A stretch of 64,000 nucleotides of DNA from an uncultured Chlorobiales bacterium (GTDB taxonomy: Bacteria; Bacteroidota; Chlorobiia; Chlorobiales; Chloroherpetonaceae): contig CAZXOK010000003.1 in the NCBI GenBank assembly GCA_964642175.1, positions 168,333-232,332 of the forward strand. Reading direction: 5' to 3'. Positions 63,796 through 64,000 of this stretch are shown one piece after another (within the stretch, counting starts at the first letter, position 1; every line of letters begins with the position of its first letter). The position numbers and the translations under genes were made by a program. The notes below the pieces were generated by a model that did not search any database, was not told where the DNA came from, and was given only the letters and a program-made list of their open reading frames with translations.

Positions 63796-64000
63796 ATTAG
63801 TAAACAAGACTTTAGATAAAATCCATTTTCAGTGCTTTATGAACCAGCAGATATTATTATTAATCCAGTAATGATAATAATCAAAAGAACTTCCCGAGGC
63901 TCTGTCTCGAGGTAAGAGGAAAGTATGAAAACCCTGGGTTTTCATCAAGCATTGAAAAAGCTTACTATTATGATATGAGCAAACACATTTTCAAACGTCA

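Noticed and set aside
1-64000. Idea that TAA is recoded (sense or readthrough codon) in this organism, prompted by six in-frame TAA codons in otherwise conserved genes.
   Set aside because: Many confidently called genes here terminate at TAA exactly where homologues end (for example cobQ at 10100-10102 and the receptor at 2112-2114). The affected genes also carry frameshifts or IS truncation. Ordinary pseudogenisation is the simpler reading.
1-64000. Search for CRISPR arrays, tRNA/rRNA genes, integrases, restriction-modification, toxin-antitoxin or other defence genes.
   Set aside because: I found no regularly spaced direct repeats, no tRNA-like T-arm/acceptor pattern in the intergenic regions I read, and no ORF with recognisable defence-system motifs. 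A by-eye scan cannot exclude small RNAs.
63796-64000. Tail of the window after the GNAT gene. I looked for another IS remnant or gene start.
   Set aside because: Translations in all frames gave only short stop-interrupted stretches with nothing recognisable, and the stretch is too short and truncated to call.

Overview
Bacterial chromosomal segment, densely coding, with no rRNA, tRNA or CRISPR array recognised. The gene content suggests an FCB-group Gram-negative (Calditrichota/Ignavibacteriota/Bacteroidota-like): several TonB-dependent receptors with CarboxypepD_reg N-termini, lipoprotein partners and a PorQ-like barrel. The taxon is inference only.
Blocks:
(1) 1-12.7 kb: a cobalamin-riboswitch-headed corrinoid uptake/remodelling gene string on the minus strand (two BtuF-like binding proteins, BtuCD-like ABC, TonB-dependent receptor, CbiZ). 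It is divergent from cobQ-cobD-cbiB plus a P-loop kinase-like gene.
(2) 12.8-14.5 kb: umuDC.
(3) 14.8-22.9 kb: a region rich in gene lesions. It holds a TonB-dependent receptor with three frameshifts, an intact CcmF-type haem lyase, and ApbE broken at two long homopolymers. It also holds a diverged tandem duplication of a gene for an N-terminal CxxCH motif fused to a predicted outer-membrane barrel (Cyc2/Cyt572-like), with in-frame TAA stops.
(4) 23.5-43.5 kb: housekeeping and envelope genes (TPR protein, aroE, lspA, TatD, DsbD-like, redoxin, ilvE, holB, ccmB-like, wrbA, PfkB kinase, GH13-like enzyme, truA, M48 peptidase, exonuclease-GIY-YIG fusion).
(5) 43.5-49.7 kb: TonB-C-domain protein, TonB-dependent receptor and two lipoproteins.
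(6) 49.8-54 kb: a second cobalamin riboswitch, BtuB-like receptor, beta-propeller lipoprotein and cobO.
(7) 54.5-64 kb: an AT-rich surface-polysaccharide island with flippase, DegT aminotransferase, two ATP-grasp ligases (one fused to an SDR epimerase/dehydratase), acetyltransferases, a GT2 pseudogene and IS5/IS630 remnants.
Best follow-up candidates: the Cyc2-like cytochrome-barrel/ApbE/CcmF module and its conserved AT-rich upstream regions; the kinase-like gene at the end of the cobinamide operon; the receptor-lipoprotein modules; and the dual ATP-grasp glycan island. All functional calls rest on by-eye motif recognition. No database search was run.
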